Shown one piece after another: positions 1-12,640 of a DNA stretch of 38,357 nucleotides. Origin of the DNA: Octopus bimaculoides. Taxonomy: Eukaryota. Location: positions 21,493,176 to 21,531,532 of the forward strand of contig NC_068996.1 in NCBI RefSeq assembly GCF_001194135.2, read 5' to 3'. Made by a program: the position numbers and the translations under genes. The notes under the pieces were generated by a model. It saw nothing but the letters and a program-made list of their open reading frames with translations. It did not search any database and was not told the origin of the DNA. Position 1 is the first letter of the stretch. Each line of letters begins with the position of its first letter.

Positions 1-470
1 GCATAAACAACACACGCATATACAATAGCAAACGCACGCACACACACGTACACAGCAACGCACATACACACAACATACACATACACACAACATACACATA
101 CACACAAACACACACGCACGCACAGAAAACATACACATACACACACGCGCACATACAAAATACACACACACACGTACACGTACCCAACACCTACAACCCC
201 ACACAAACACGAACACACACACACACACTCAAATAACCACCTGTTGACTTTCTACCTACACTGTCTATCGCGTCCACTAACCAGTCCTGCTACTAACTTC
301 TTCCACTACGTCATACACACACACACACACAAACACACTAACAGATAAACCACCAAACCATGCACACACGCACACACACATATATACATACGCACACACA
401 CGTTCTGTTATCACACACACACGCGCAGACTTCCGCACACGCACAGATATTCATCTCCCTTTTTCACTCT
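1..470. repeat. Degenerate (CA)n/(CATA)n microsatellite
   Basis: Runs of acacac/acatac throughout; followed by N gap 510-1457. Confidence 0.9.
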
Positions 471-1456
471 CCTGTCTTAGAAAGAACTTTTCCCCCACTA
501 CCTCCTCTTNNNNNNNNNNNNNNNNNNNNNNNNNNNNNNNNNNNNNNNNNNNNNNNNNNNNNNNNNNNNNNNNNNNNNNNNNNNNNNNNNNNNNNNNNNN
601 NNNNNNNNNNNNNNNNNNNNNNNNNNNNNNNNNNNNNNNNNNNNNNNNNNNNNNNNNNNNNNNNNNNNNNNNNNNNNNNNNNNNNNNNNNNNNNNNNNNN
701 NNNNNNNNNNNNNNNNNNNNNNNNNNNNNNNNNNNNNNNNNNNNNNNNNNNNNNNNNNNNNNNNNNNNNNNNNNNNNNNNNNNNNNNNNNNNNNNNNNNN
801 NNNNNNNNNNNNNNNNNNNNNNNNNNNNNNNNNNNNNNNNNNNNNNNNNNNNNNNNNNNNNNNNNNNNNNNNNNNNNNNNNNNNNNNNNNNNNNNNNNNN
901 NNNNNNNNNNNNNNNNNNNNNNNNNNNNNNNNNNNNNNNNNNNNNNNNNNNNNNNNNNNNNNNNNNNNNNNNNNNNNNNNNNNNNNNNNNNNNNNNNNNN
1001 NNNNNNNNNNNNNNNNNNNNNNNNNNNNNNNNNNNNNNNNNNNNNNNNNNNNNNNNNNNNNNNNNNNNNNNNNNNNNNNNNNNNNNNNNNNNNNNNNNNN
1101 NNNNNNNNNNNNNNNNNNNNNNNNNNNNNNNNNNNNNNNNNNNNNNNNNNNNNNNNNNNNNNNNNNNNNNNNNNNNNNNNNNNNNNNNNNNNNNNNNNNN
1201 NNNNNNNNNNNNNNNNNNNNNNNNNNNNNNNNNNNNNNNNNNNNNNNNNNNNNNNNNNNNNNNNNNNNNNNNNNNNNNNNNNNNNNNNNNNNNNNNNNNN
1301 NNNNNNNNNNNNNNNNNNNNNNNNNNNNNNNNNNNNNNNNNNNNNNNNNNNNNNNNNNNNNNNNNNNNNNNNNNNNNNNNNNNNNNNNNNNNNNNNNNNN
1401 NNNNNNNNNNNNNNNNNNNNNNNNNNNNNNNNNNNNNNNNNNNNNNNNNNNNNNNN

Positions 1457-1539
<83 letters not shown>

Positions 1540-1540
1540 T

Positions 1541-2094
1541 ATTGTCTTTGCACAGCTTCTAACGCTGGAGTTGTACTACGGTGTCAACTGTTCACTACCA
1601 ATGAACTAAGGTAACACCTCTAATTTTTCGAGCACCTTCCGGAGTATTTGTTCCATGTACTTCTCAAGATTTTTACTCACTGTTCCCAGGGCTCCGACAA
1701 TTATTGGTGCCACTACTACCTTTTTCATCGACCACAACTGCTTAACCTCCCAAGCTAACTTGTCATATCTCTCGACTTTTCTTTCTTCCTTATTGCATAC
1801 CTTGTTGTCTGCTGGGCATGCTATATCTATGATCCTGCATCGTTTGCTTTCTTTCTCAATTAAGAATATGTCTGGTTTCCTATTCTCTATCTCATGGTCG
1901 CACTGAATCATAAAATCCCGTAGAATCTTTGCATTGTCATTTTCGATGATACCTTCGGGTTTATGGTCGTACCAATTTTTTGCTCTGTCAAGTCCATACT
2001 TGATGCAAAGTGTCCAATGAACAAGCCTTGCTATATTGTTGTGGCGTCTTTTATATTCCTTCTGGGCTAGTGGCGTACATTGACTGGTAATATG
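1541..2094 (-). mobile_element. 5'-truncated R4/Dong-clade non-LTR retrotransposon (end of CCHC knuckle, restriction-like endonuclease, 3'UTR)
   Basis: Translation HITSQCTPLAQKEYKRRHNNIARLVHW...KPDIFLIEKESKRCRIIDIACP...PIIVGALGTV gives the H-x4-C, RHN and PD-(D/E)xK-type motifs. Both ends abut TAA/TGA tracts on the sense strand. Confidence 0.9.
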
Positions 2095-2233
2095 CATCAT
2101 CATCATCATCACCATCACCATCATCCTCATCACCATCATCATCATCATCATCATCATCATCATTATTATTATTATTATTATTATCTAGAATTACAAAACT
2201 GTTAAGCAGTAGATAAATAACTTACGACATTTA

Positions 2234-2569
2234 TTTACATTATTTACATTTGACGGATATTTGTCCTCATCTTGTTTGTTGTCAGCACGTTTCGGCTGAT
2301 ATACGCTCCAGCCTTCGTCAGGTGTCTTGGGAAATTTTGAACCTGGGTTCTCATTCCTAACGATGTTACTATTATTATATTATTATTATTATTATTACTA
2401 TTATTAATCAGGTCGCTGCCGTGAATCGAACTCGGAATCTTGGGGTTAGTAGCCCGCGCTCTTAACCACTACGCCATATGCCCGTGTTAACAACAAACAA
2501 GATGAGGACAAATATCCGTTAAATGTAAATAATGTAAACAATTCCTCATTTCTTAAATATAGAACTGTA
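2234..2569 (-). mobile_element. Short non-autonomous retroelement: tRNA-like head, hammerhead-like core, inverted terminal duplication
   Basis: 12-bp direct repeat TTACGACATTTA at 2222-2233 and 2570-2581. Inverted arms 2234-2288 and 2484-2538 match at 52/55. Minus-strand A box TGGCGTAGTGG and B box GAGTTCGATTC within 2408-2483. Confidence 0.8.
2284..2327 (-). ncRNA. Hammerhead-ribozyme-like core (minimal type I, Penelope style; this copy probably defective)
   Basis: Minus strand reads GACAC-CUGACGA-A-GGCUG(10-nt loop)CAGCC-GAA-ACGU: conserved CUGANGA and GAAA, perfect 5-bp stem II, palindromic ACGU stem III. The stem I/III junction is not intact in this copy. Confidence 0.6.
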
Positions 2570-2746
2570 TTACGACATTTAGTTGAATGTCTGTATATAC
2601 TCTGACTTCATATTGTGTTTGGGATGGAGTTTATCTTTCTTTCAGGTTCACAAAATAGATATCCATCAACAGCAGCTGACGATAAATGAAATAATTATTC
2701 GCGCCTTCCTCATTGTGACTTCTCGTCACAATAATCATCATCATCA

Positions 2747-2780
<34 letters not shown>

Positions 2781-4105
2781 GACATGGATGTTCACTGTCT
2801 GTTCTGTCAAATTTCCTAATGTTTTGCAATTTCCACCCAACTAGAATGTATTTTTATTGATATTTTGTATCATCTGTTCAAAGAGAAGCAGGTTATTTGA
2901 ACTGACCTGCTTCTTATTCCAAGGAATTTCCGATTTGCCCCATTCCCCAGTAAGGAGAATTATCTGTTTTTTAAATTTTTCTCTTTGCAAATTTACAATA
3001 TTCTTGTAAAAAAAAGAAAGAAGCGAGAGAGAGAGAGAGAGAGAGAGAAACATGGACCCGTGTGAAGAAGGAATAATAATGATGTACGGTAAAGAGAGAG
3101 TGAATGAGCATACAATAGAAAGAACGAGGTTGAGAGGCGGATAAATGAATCTGTCAGTAACGACGCGACTGTTGTCATGCCGACGGTAGTGAACGTCAGA
3201 GGTAAAAAGTTGGCCGTTTTCTGCTCCGATACATTTGATATATAGTGAAGAAAAAATTTAACAACTACAACAACAACTGCAAAAAAAAAACAACTAGAGA
3301 TTCAACAGCAGCAGCAGCGGCAGAAACAGCAGCGGCATCATCAACAACAATTACAGCAAAATCATTGGAATCTCAAAAGAATGGGAGAAATGTTTCAAGG
3401 TTTTCAATCCCCAAAGAAAAAACTGCTGCAATAGCACGTGTACAGATTAAACCTTTTCAAGTAGCGCTGCCATCACCACTACGTCACTCATTGTGGCTGT
3501 CTGTTGGACCCACTGACGAGAAGAACAGGAGAAATTTCACCAGAAACACAACAAAGGTCAACTCTTTTACAGGAGCTGCTCAAAAGAAAATGGAAGAAAT
3601 AAGTATGGAGGGGCATAGATTAATGGCTGTCTATGCCTTGACAGGGACACAACCGCTCGATATTTTCAGCGATTGAGAAGCTTTCTATGGAAGGTTCCGC
3701 TCGCTAGTACTCTAAGGAGCCTACTCCTCATTACAACAGTACGTTTAGAAGGAGGCTTCAGTGATAGAAGTAGCTAATTAGAAATTATTCCAGCAAGACT
3801 AAACAACTCTAGTTAAGTTAAGTTTCAATCCATCAGATAATTTGAACGTATTTGTGGTGTTGATTGGAAAGGAGATGAATTATTTGGTTTGGCAGCAAGT
3901 ATGCAAATATGTATATATGAGCATGTGTTTGTTTTTATGTTTGTTTTTGTCCTCCTCTATCACTTGGCATTTGATGTTGCTTTGCTTACGTGTTCGTAAC
4001 TTAGTGATTCGGCAAAGAGACCGATATAATAAGTACCAGACTTTAAACATTGTGTTCCAGCATGACTGCAGTCCATGACTTCTACAAGTATAAGATAAAA
4101 GATAA

Positions 4106-4149
<44 letters not shown>

Positions 4150-4159
4150 NNNNNNNNNN

Positions 4160-4203
<44 letters not shown>

Positions 4204-5761
4204 TAGAACGAGATAGGGTGTAGAGCACACTACGGATGTTCTAAGTTCTGTTAGAATGTGTGCTGTGATTAACACCATAAACTTGACATTTCACAGTGTC
4301 GGATTGATTTATGGCTGATTATAATCATTACTTCTGCTATTGATTACAGACTTCGTGTTTATCCTTTTCTACTGTCTTTCCTCCCCCCACCCTATCTATT
4401 GTATTTATTGTCAATGGCACGAAAGTCTAGGAATGTGTGCGTATGTCCAGCCACCTCCGTTTGGAGGTGTGGCCTTAAAATTCTATGTTCTGTCTGTTTA
4501 TCTGTTACTGGATGTGCCATTAGTGATGTTGCACAAAGAGTATATAGAGCATTTAACACTATGCGTTTTATTTTTGCTACCACTGATGAGATGAATTAGC
4601 AAAATAATATAATGTTTCGACAAACAATTATGTAATCCTGCCTGTCATTTGCCGAAACGATCGTACGTTTTATAAAGCATAAGACAACAACACGTTTTCT
4701 ATGTTTTATTATCATGTGTATGTCTGTGTGTGCGTGTGTATGCTTGTGTGTGTGTGTGTGTGTGTGTGTGTGTNNNNNNNNNNNNNNNNNNNNNNNNNNN
4801 NNNNNNNNNNNNNNNNNNNNNNNNNNNNNNNNNNNNNNNNNNNNNNNNNNNNNNNNNNNNNNNNNNNNNNNNNNNNNNNNNNNNNNNNNNNNNNNNNNNN
4901 NNNNNNNNNNNNNNNNNNNNNNNNNNNNNNNNNNNNNNNNNNNNNNNNNNNNNNNNNNNNNNNNNNNNNNNNNNNNNNNNNNNNNNNNNNNNNNNNNNNN
5001 NNNNNNNNNNNNNNNNNNNNNNNNNNNNNNNNNNNNNNNNNNNNNNNNNNNNNNNNNNNNNNNNNNNNNNNNNNNNNNNNNNNNNNNNNNNNNNNNNNNN
5101 NNNNNNNNNNNNNNNNNNNNNNNNNNNNNNNNNNNNNNNNNNNNNNNNNNNNNNNNNNNNNNNNNNNNNNNNNNNNNNNNNNNNNNNNNNNNNNNNNNNN
5201 NNNNNNNNNNNNNNNNNNNNNNNNNNNNNNNNNNNNNNNNNNNNNNNNNNNNNNNNNNNNNNNNNNNNNNNNNNNNNNNNNNNNNNNNNNNNNNNNNNNN
5301 NNNNNNNNNNNNNNNNNNNNNNNNNNNNNNNNNNNNNNNNNNNNNNNNNNNNNNNNNNNNNNNNNNNNNNNNNNNNNNNNNNNNNNNNNNNNNNNNNNNN
5401 NNNNNNNNNNNNNNNNNNNNNNNNNNNNNNNNNNNNNNNNNNNNNNNNNNNNNNNNNNNNNNNNNNNNNNNNNNNNNNNNNNNNNNNNNNNNNNNNNNNN
5501 NNNNNNNNNNNNNNNNNNNNNNNNNNNNNNNNNNNNNNNNNNNNNNNNNNNNNNNNNNNNNNNNNNNNNNNNNNNNNNNNNNNNNNNNNNNNNNNNNNNT
5601 TAATTCATCTTTTATTTCCTTAAACTGCAAAGCACATCATATCTGTCAAACATATTATTAGAAGGTAAATAATCAATATCTTCTTAGTTTATTTCAATTA
5701 TATTTAAAAGTACAGTTTTGATTAAGTGGCAAGATTTCAAAGGAAATAGATAACTTAGGAA

Positions 5762-5776
5762 ATGATGATGATGATG

Positions 5777-5861
<85 letters not shown>
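5762..5861. repeat. (ATG)n-(ATA)n compound microsatellite at the 5' junction of an R4 element
   Basis: Read directly. Confidence 0.95.
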
Positions 5862-5865
<4 letters not shown>

Positions 5866-8705
5866 CAGCATGAAGAGAAGAAATATACTACATAAATACA
5901 AAATTACAGAACAAGATATACCTGAGATAAAAGAACAGCTAAAGCAAGATATCCTCGCCAAAGCACAAATAATCCGCCGGTATGAGAAACGCCAACGTTT
6001 CTTTGAACAAAGCAAACAGTTCAATTCAAACCTCAAAAAATTCTACCAAAAACTTAGCAAAAATAAAATACAGATCAATGCAGTACCAACAGCAGAAGTG
6101 GAAGAATTTTGGAAAGAAATATGGTGAGTGAAGAAACAACCTCAGAAAAGATCTAACAAACCAACGAACATAGCATCTGAACAACTCTGGACCCCTATAA
6201 CAACTGAAGTGGTCACCCAGGCACTGAAAAAACTAAGCAATTGGAAGGCACCCGGGCACGACAAGATCCCCAACTTTTGGTTAAAATACCTAACAGGAAC
6301 ACATAAAACGCTAGCTGAGAAACTTAATGAAATACTAGCAGAGTCAGACACAATACCTGAATGACTCGCAGAAGGGAAAACTATCCTAATTCCCAAATCC
6401 ACTGAAACGGTAAATCCACAAAATTACGGACCGATAACTTGACTCCCCACAGTTTACAAAACCTTTACTGCAATAATATCGCAGAGAAAGAGCAAACATC
6501 TGGAAGAAAACAACCTGTTTCCAGAAGAGCAGAAGGGATACTGCAAAGGCTCATACGGCTGTAAAGATCAGCTAGTGATCAATAAAGCCATAACTGCAGA
6601 CAGCCGCAGAAAGAGTAAGTGTCTAAGTTGGCCTGGATTGATTACCAAAAGGCTTTTGATAGTATTCCCCACACATAGATCCTAGAAACACTAGCTATGG
6701 ACAAGGTAGCACCAATAATCATAAGATATATGAAACATTCCATGAATGAATGACAGACAGTGCTATAGTTCCAGATAAAAGAGGGACTCATACAGACCAA
6801 AGCCATCCCCATTAGAAGAGGGATATTCCAGGGAGGCACGCTCTCTCCACTCCTCTTCTGCTTGACACTGACAACGTTTTCTGATATGCTAAACAGAACT
6901 GGATGTGGATACAACAGTTACGGCAAAACAATCAACCATCTCTTGTATATGGATGATTTAAAACTGTACGCTTACAAATGATAAACAGCTGGAAACATTA
7001 CTACAGACATTACACGGATTTACCAAACAAATAAACATGAAACTTGACTGAGAAAAATGTGCCAAAACAACCCTGAAAAGAGGAAAACTAGTTAAGAGTA
7101 ACAACACCACATTAAATAAAATAAATGAAATAAAAGAATTAGACCAAAGCGAGACATAAAACACTTAAGAATCAATGAACTAGATACGATATAACACACA
7201 CAAATGAAAGAGAAGATAAGAAAGAAATATTATAGACGAGTTAGATTAATACTGAAAACAGAGCTCAATGCGAAAAACAACATAATAGGTATCAACTCTC
7301 TAGCCGTCCCAGTTATAAGTTACAGCTACAATATTCATAACTGGACTCTAAATGAACTAATCAAAATAGACGGGAAAACAAGAAAAATGATAGGATTTAG
7401 GCTGCACCACCGAAAATCTGACATAAAAAGGCTATAAATATAACGTATCGAAGATGGTATAGACCTTATACAGCTAGAAAACTATTACAAAATAACCACC
7501 ATTGGACTACAGAAATACCTACTTCAGATGCAAAGAAAACTAATACAAATAGCCACAAAACACGAACAAAACAAAAAACTGTTTTCTGTCTTTAAGGAAT
7601 CTGACATATACAAAAAAGAATTCAAAGTATTAAAAACAGAAACAACTCCTATCATAATAGGCGCATTAGGTATGATTAAAAATATTCAGAAAAATACATA
7701 ACAAAAACACCAGGACTAACAAATATATATAATTTACAGGAAATAGCCCTACTAGGCACCGCACACATGAAGAAAAAGAAGAAACAACAAAGGCTGTACA
7801 ACTGAAATCCAAACTAAAGCTGGAACAGCAATGTTTCATGACAGAACGATGGCAAGAAAAGCCCCATACATGGAAAATAATGGGTTAAGCTAAACAGAAA
7901 AGAAATAGACAAAGCAAACCCCCCAACAATGGCTGAGAAGCTCAGGATTCAAAGCAGAGTCTGAAAGATTTTTAATTGCAGTACAAGATCAAAGCGTTCC
8001 CACCAGAAATCACCGAAAGCACATATTGAAAAGAAATACAAGTAACTGCAGAATATGTGGTGATGGAGAAACAACAAAAAATCATATTGTCTCTGGCTGC
8101 CCAGTCCTGGCTAAGAAGGAATATATTCACAGACACGACAGAGTCGGGACCTATATATACTGGAAGCTATGCCAACACTATGGAATAAAAAAAAAAAAAG
8201 ATCAAAGAAAAGATCAGAAAAGGTCAAAGAAAATGAAAAAAGCAACCAAACTCTGGGATATGCCAATTACACAAAGATAGAGAAATTAAGGCCAATAGGT
8301 CAGATATAGTTGTCAGAGATCAGCAACAAAACAAATGCTTTCTAATCGATGTATCAATACCAACAGATGACAATGTTTCTCTAAAAGAAACGGAGAAACT
8401 TTCAAAATACAAAGATCTGGAAATAGAGGTAACTCGAATGTGGAATCTAAAAGCAGAAACAATTCCTATTATAATAGGTACATTAGGTATGATAAAAAAA
8501 AACATTTAAACAAAAGCATAACAAAAACACCAGGACTTACAAATATATATAACATACAGAAAATAGCACAGCTAGGTATCGCACATATCCTACGTAAAAC
8601 ACTTTCAATACAGTGAAAATAAGAGCACCACAACAAACTACAGCACATACCCAAGGCACACAGAGCGGCACTCGGTAGTGCAGTGAAAGCACGTGATAAA
8701 AATAA
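5862..8705 (+). mobile_element. Degenerate R4/Dong-clade LINE, about 2.8 kb (RT, CCHC, RLE), many stops and frameshifts
   Basis: WKAPGHDKIPNFWLK; AWIDYQKAFDSIPH; RRGIFQGGTLSPLLFCL; NHLLYMDDLKLYA (about 6934-6972); CRICGDGETTKNHIVSGC...HRHDRVG; DIVVRDQQQNKCFLIDVSIP. Confidence 0.93.
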
Positions 8706-9328
8706 GACTTTAGCTGCATCTCTGACTGATGTCATCTATATGAAGCAGCGTAAGGAATGGCTTAGCCCCGGTATACAAGCAACACCGCGCGTGAAACAAG
8801 ATCTTCATTCGCGTAAAACGATGTTGTGCGTATGGTGGGACTGGGAAGGGATTATCCATTACGAATTGCTTAAACGGAACCAAACGGTCAACGTGGAACT
8901 CTATGTTCAACAGATGGAACGACTCAACACGGCTATTCAAGAGAAAAGACCTAATCGTCAGCATGGAGTTCTTCTGCTGCACGATAACGCCCGCCCTCAT
9001 CGCCAATATGACCAAGGAAGCCATTCAAACGCATGGCTAGGAAGTGCTGCTACACCCGCTGTACTCTCCTGATTTGGCACCAACGGATTTCCACCTCTTT
9101 CGATCTCTTTCAAATGCTATGCAGAACTGAGAGCTTGGTTGGATCAATTTTTCTAGTCAAAATCGGGTGATTTCTACCAATGCGGTATTGAAAATCTTGT
9201 TGAACGTTGGGAAGAAGTTGTAAACAACAAGGGTGAATACGTTATTGATTAATTAGTTGTTATTTTTTATTAAACCTTTTAAAAAGTTTAAATTTAAAAA
9301 AACGGTGGGAACTTAGTTGCCAACCTAA
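8706..9328 (+). mobile_element. Mariner transposon relic (3' half of transposase and right TIR)
   Basis: KTMLCVWWDWEGIIHYELL, LLHDNARPH and YSPDLAPTDFHLF motifs. Terminus ...GAACTTAGTTGCCAACCTAA followed by TA at 9329-9330. Left boundary approximate. Confidence 0.93.
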
Positions 9329-9636
9329 TAATTCCCAAAACATTTAAATCTATGAACATTATCAAATGTACTTTAAATGTACATAACAGCAAACACCTTT
9401 TACTGTCATCTTAAGATTACACTATTATCTAACATCAAATTAATTTTTACAAAATCTCCTAATTTTCTTATGCTTTGACTGACACTCTCTCCGACAATAC
9501 TCTGTGCAAAATCAAAAATATGGTACCAAAGTCATAATACCGACTTGAACTTCTAACCTGTTGTTTCTTCTTGAAGTCTCTGGATGAGACTTGGAGTCAA
9601 ATTGTACAAATACAAAGCAAAAGCCAAACATAATAA

Positions 9637-9660
9637 AACAACAACAACAACAACAACAAC

Positions 9661-9719
<59 letters not shown>

Positions 9720-9762
9720 TGATGATGATGATGATGATGATAATGATGATGATCATAATGAT
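9637..9762. repeat. (ACA)n-(ATA)n-(ATG)n compound microsatellite
   Basis: Read directly. Confidence 0.95.
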
Positions 9763-9904
9763 GATTTCTCTGTTAACCACAAGGGATTACATTAAGAAAA
9801 ATATTAGGGACAACACAGGACAAAACAAAAAATGTGTGTGTGTATGTGTGTGAGTGTGTGTTGTGAGGTTTTGCGTGTAAACAAGACCAATAAAATTTTT
9901 TTAA

Positions 9905-12221
9905 ATGAACAATGTATGATCCTCGATAGAGAGGCGACGTTCGAAGGGCTGCTCAGAGAAAACCCCATAAAATACCATGGGTACCCTGACTTTTGGGGCA
10001 GGTGCATTTTTCTTTTTGCCTTTTTCCAACTACAGGCGTATGCTCAGGGCAGGCCTGTTCACTCGCATCATTCTCGCAACTTTCATCCACCTTTTAGAAA
10101 ACTGGCTAGAAGACAACACTTCCCTCTCTACCCTTATTTTCCTTTTCAAGTGAAACTTGAAGAAGTTGATCAAGTATTGGCCAAAGAGAAAAGTGTTTGT
10201 CTTCAGCCCCTTCAATCTCGTCCACCATACAACCTCTTTCGCCGTGGCCACCAGGCATATAAAAACAGCCTTTCCTTTCCGATTACAGGAAGGCGGTGAG
10301 GCGATCTTCACGATGGATTCAGTTGACAGCCGGATCCGTCCCACATGCGAGGGCAGGTGTTCGACATAAACTCACAGGTCAGCAATGCACGGGAACTGGA
10401 CGAGTGCATGTAGCACCGTCTCGTCGTCTTGCGCGCATCTCGGACAAGCTCAGTTGACGGAACTTCCATGCCTGTAAAGTTTGTCTCGAACAGGAAAAAC
10501 TCCCCGATAGCACTGCCAAGCTAGAAATGTTTGGAAATTATCCATCGGTCCCGGCCCGAAAGTTCTCCAGAAAAGAGCGACTAACTGATCTTCTCTGACA
10601 CCGAAGGTCTCCCTAAGTACTAGTCCTCTATTAAAAGCTAAAGTGAACGTGCCACCTATCGCACTGTCCGATTGGCTGAGGGCTGTGAGCACTTGAAGTC
10701 ATTTCCAAATTCTCCCTCTCGGTCTCTGTTTTACCCAGGATTGCAGCTCTGTTAAAGAAACTAACTGCGGAAACATGTGTCTGGTAAACGGCGACCATAC
10801 TTGTTCACCGTCAAGGAAGCACTGGAGATGTCGTAGCCTCAGCGAATGTCTGCAGATAGACCGCTTGACCATTGGCACGTGTCCCTTCCACAAGAAGCGG
10901 AAGAGTATACGCTCCAGCGTAATCAGATAGTGGCCAGGACAAGGCACGACGGTCAAGCGATAGTAAATGACGGACGCGATATAAGAGTTAGCCACCTCTG
11001 TCCGACCTTTCAGGGATAACATTCTCTCAGCCCATTTTTGGGAGAGAGTAGTCACCCTACTCGTTACCTCGTCCCAGTTATTGTCTATCTAGAGGTCCGA
11101 ACCGAATCAAACCCCGACCAATTTAACCAGTTCTCTGTCCAGCGCCCAACGACGCAGTTGGACGGCATGAACTTTTTTCTTTAGGTGCCGAGCCGCAAGA
11201 CCACTGATTTTTCTTGATTAATTGTCGCTCCTGAAATCGCCTCGTAGTTTTTGAGAGCGTTGCCGATAATTTCTATGTGACACCATAATTGTATGTGACA
11301 TCGATAGTTTTTATTCGACACCACTACGATGACATCGCCGGCATATGCCGACTCGCATTTCCCACATCCTAAGTCACGCGGGATGCCCCTCAACGCCTCT
11401 AGTTTGTGTAGTAGTGGCTCGAGAGTTAATACGTACAAGAGAGGCGAGAGGGGACAACCTGCCCGACCGAGTGCATGATGCTGAATGACTCTGAGAGGTG
11501 ACCGTTCACTCTAACTGCTGAACAGATGTCACAATGCATTGCAACGATCCAGCCCCTGAATATAGACCCGAAACCAGCTGCCTTGAGGACTGCCGCCAGG
11601 TGTAGATGGTCGATCCTATCGAAAGCTTTAAATTGATCTAAATTGACCAGGGCCCCACCCGTGCCAGGTTTTTTAGCCATCAATGATGTATCGCATGAGG
11701 TGTAGGTTGTCTTGGATGGATCTTTTCTGGATGGAGAATGTGTGCGCCTCCCCTACCACATCTCCGACAACAAGCGCCAACCTCGTAGCTAACACCTTGG
11801 CCAAAATTTTGAACTCTGCATTCAGCAGTTATGTGCCTAAAGTTGTCAATACAATTCCCCTTGTTCGGGTCTTGTCAGAAACGCCACTGCTCCTCGGCTC
11901 ACAAAACTGGGAATTTTCCCATTCTGTTGCCAGTTGCAGTAAACTTTTGCTCAGTGGTTGTCGAACAAGTCTGGCATGTAAGCGTAAAGCTCGTAGGGCA
12001 GACCATCCAAACCAGACGATTTATCCCTCGTGCAGGTAGCCATTGCTTCTCTTATTTCAAAGGCTGTTATCGGCCTTTCACAGCGCTCCGCCTCCATCGC
12101 CGAGAGCCGCGGCAGCCCGTCGAGGTAGGACGTGAAATCCATCCTGTGATCTGGCTCACCGCTGCTCCTGAGCAGTTGAGCGAAGCGCCACTGAAAGACT
12201 GCATACATCCGTCTCGGATCA

Positions 12222-12222
<1 letters not shown>
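9905..12222 (-). mobile_element. 5'-truncated Tx1/L1-like LINE (RT and C-terminal region), degenerate
   Basis: DKSSGLDGLPYELY; LVNLDQFKAFDRIDH; PLSPLLYVLTLEPLL; AYAGDVIVVV; LSLKGRTEVANSYIASVIYYRL; WQCYRGVFPVRDKL; KEVVWWTRLK. The 3' boundary is approximate. Confidence 0.88.
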
Positions 12223-12303
<81 letters not shown>

Positions 12304-12307
<4 letters not shown>

Positions 12308-12514
12308 CCTTTCTATTATAAGCACAAGGCCCGAAGTTTTTGAAGGAGGGGATTAGTCGATTACATCGACCCCAGAATTTCACTGGTACTTAATTTATCG
12401 ACCCCGAGAAGATGAAAGGCAAAGTCAACCTCGGCGGAATTTAAACGCAGAACGAAGCGACGGGCGAAATACCGCTAAGCATTTCGTCCAGCGTGCTAAC
12501 GATTCTGCCAGCTC

Positions 12515-12515
<1 letters not shown>
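12304..12515 (-). mobile_element. tRNA-derived SINE, family A (about 210 bp)
   Basis: Head GAGCTGGCAGAATCGTTAGCAC, core GACTTTGCCTTTCATC...GGGGTCGATAAATTAAGTACCAG, (ATT)n tail. Homologous copies at 22.0-22.5 kb and 24.9-26.0 kb. Confidence 0.88.
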
Positions 12516-12555
<40 letters not shown>

Positions 12556-12558
12556 GAA

Positions 12559-12589
<31 letters not shown>

Positions 12590-12640
12590 AAGAAGAAGAA
12601 GAAGAAGAAGAAGAAGAAGAAGAAGAAGAAGAAGAAGAAT
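12515..12640. repeat. (TAA)n-(AAG)n compound microsatellite
   Basis: Read directly. Confidence 0.95.

Noticed and set aside
2408-2483. tRNA gene call (also for the SINE heads at about 13.5, 17.3 and 30.4 kb)
   Set aside because: A/B boxes are present but there is no proper acceptor stem, and each is fused to a repeat body; these are SINE heads.
3245-3780. 143-aa ORF and adjacent unique sequence
   Set aside because: Begins in ACA/GCA repeats; no recognisable domain in any frame.
4583-4666. CTGATGAG ... GAAACGATCGTA, a possible second hammerhead
   Set aside because: About 65 nt between the core halves with no clean stem II, and no stem I pairing.
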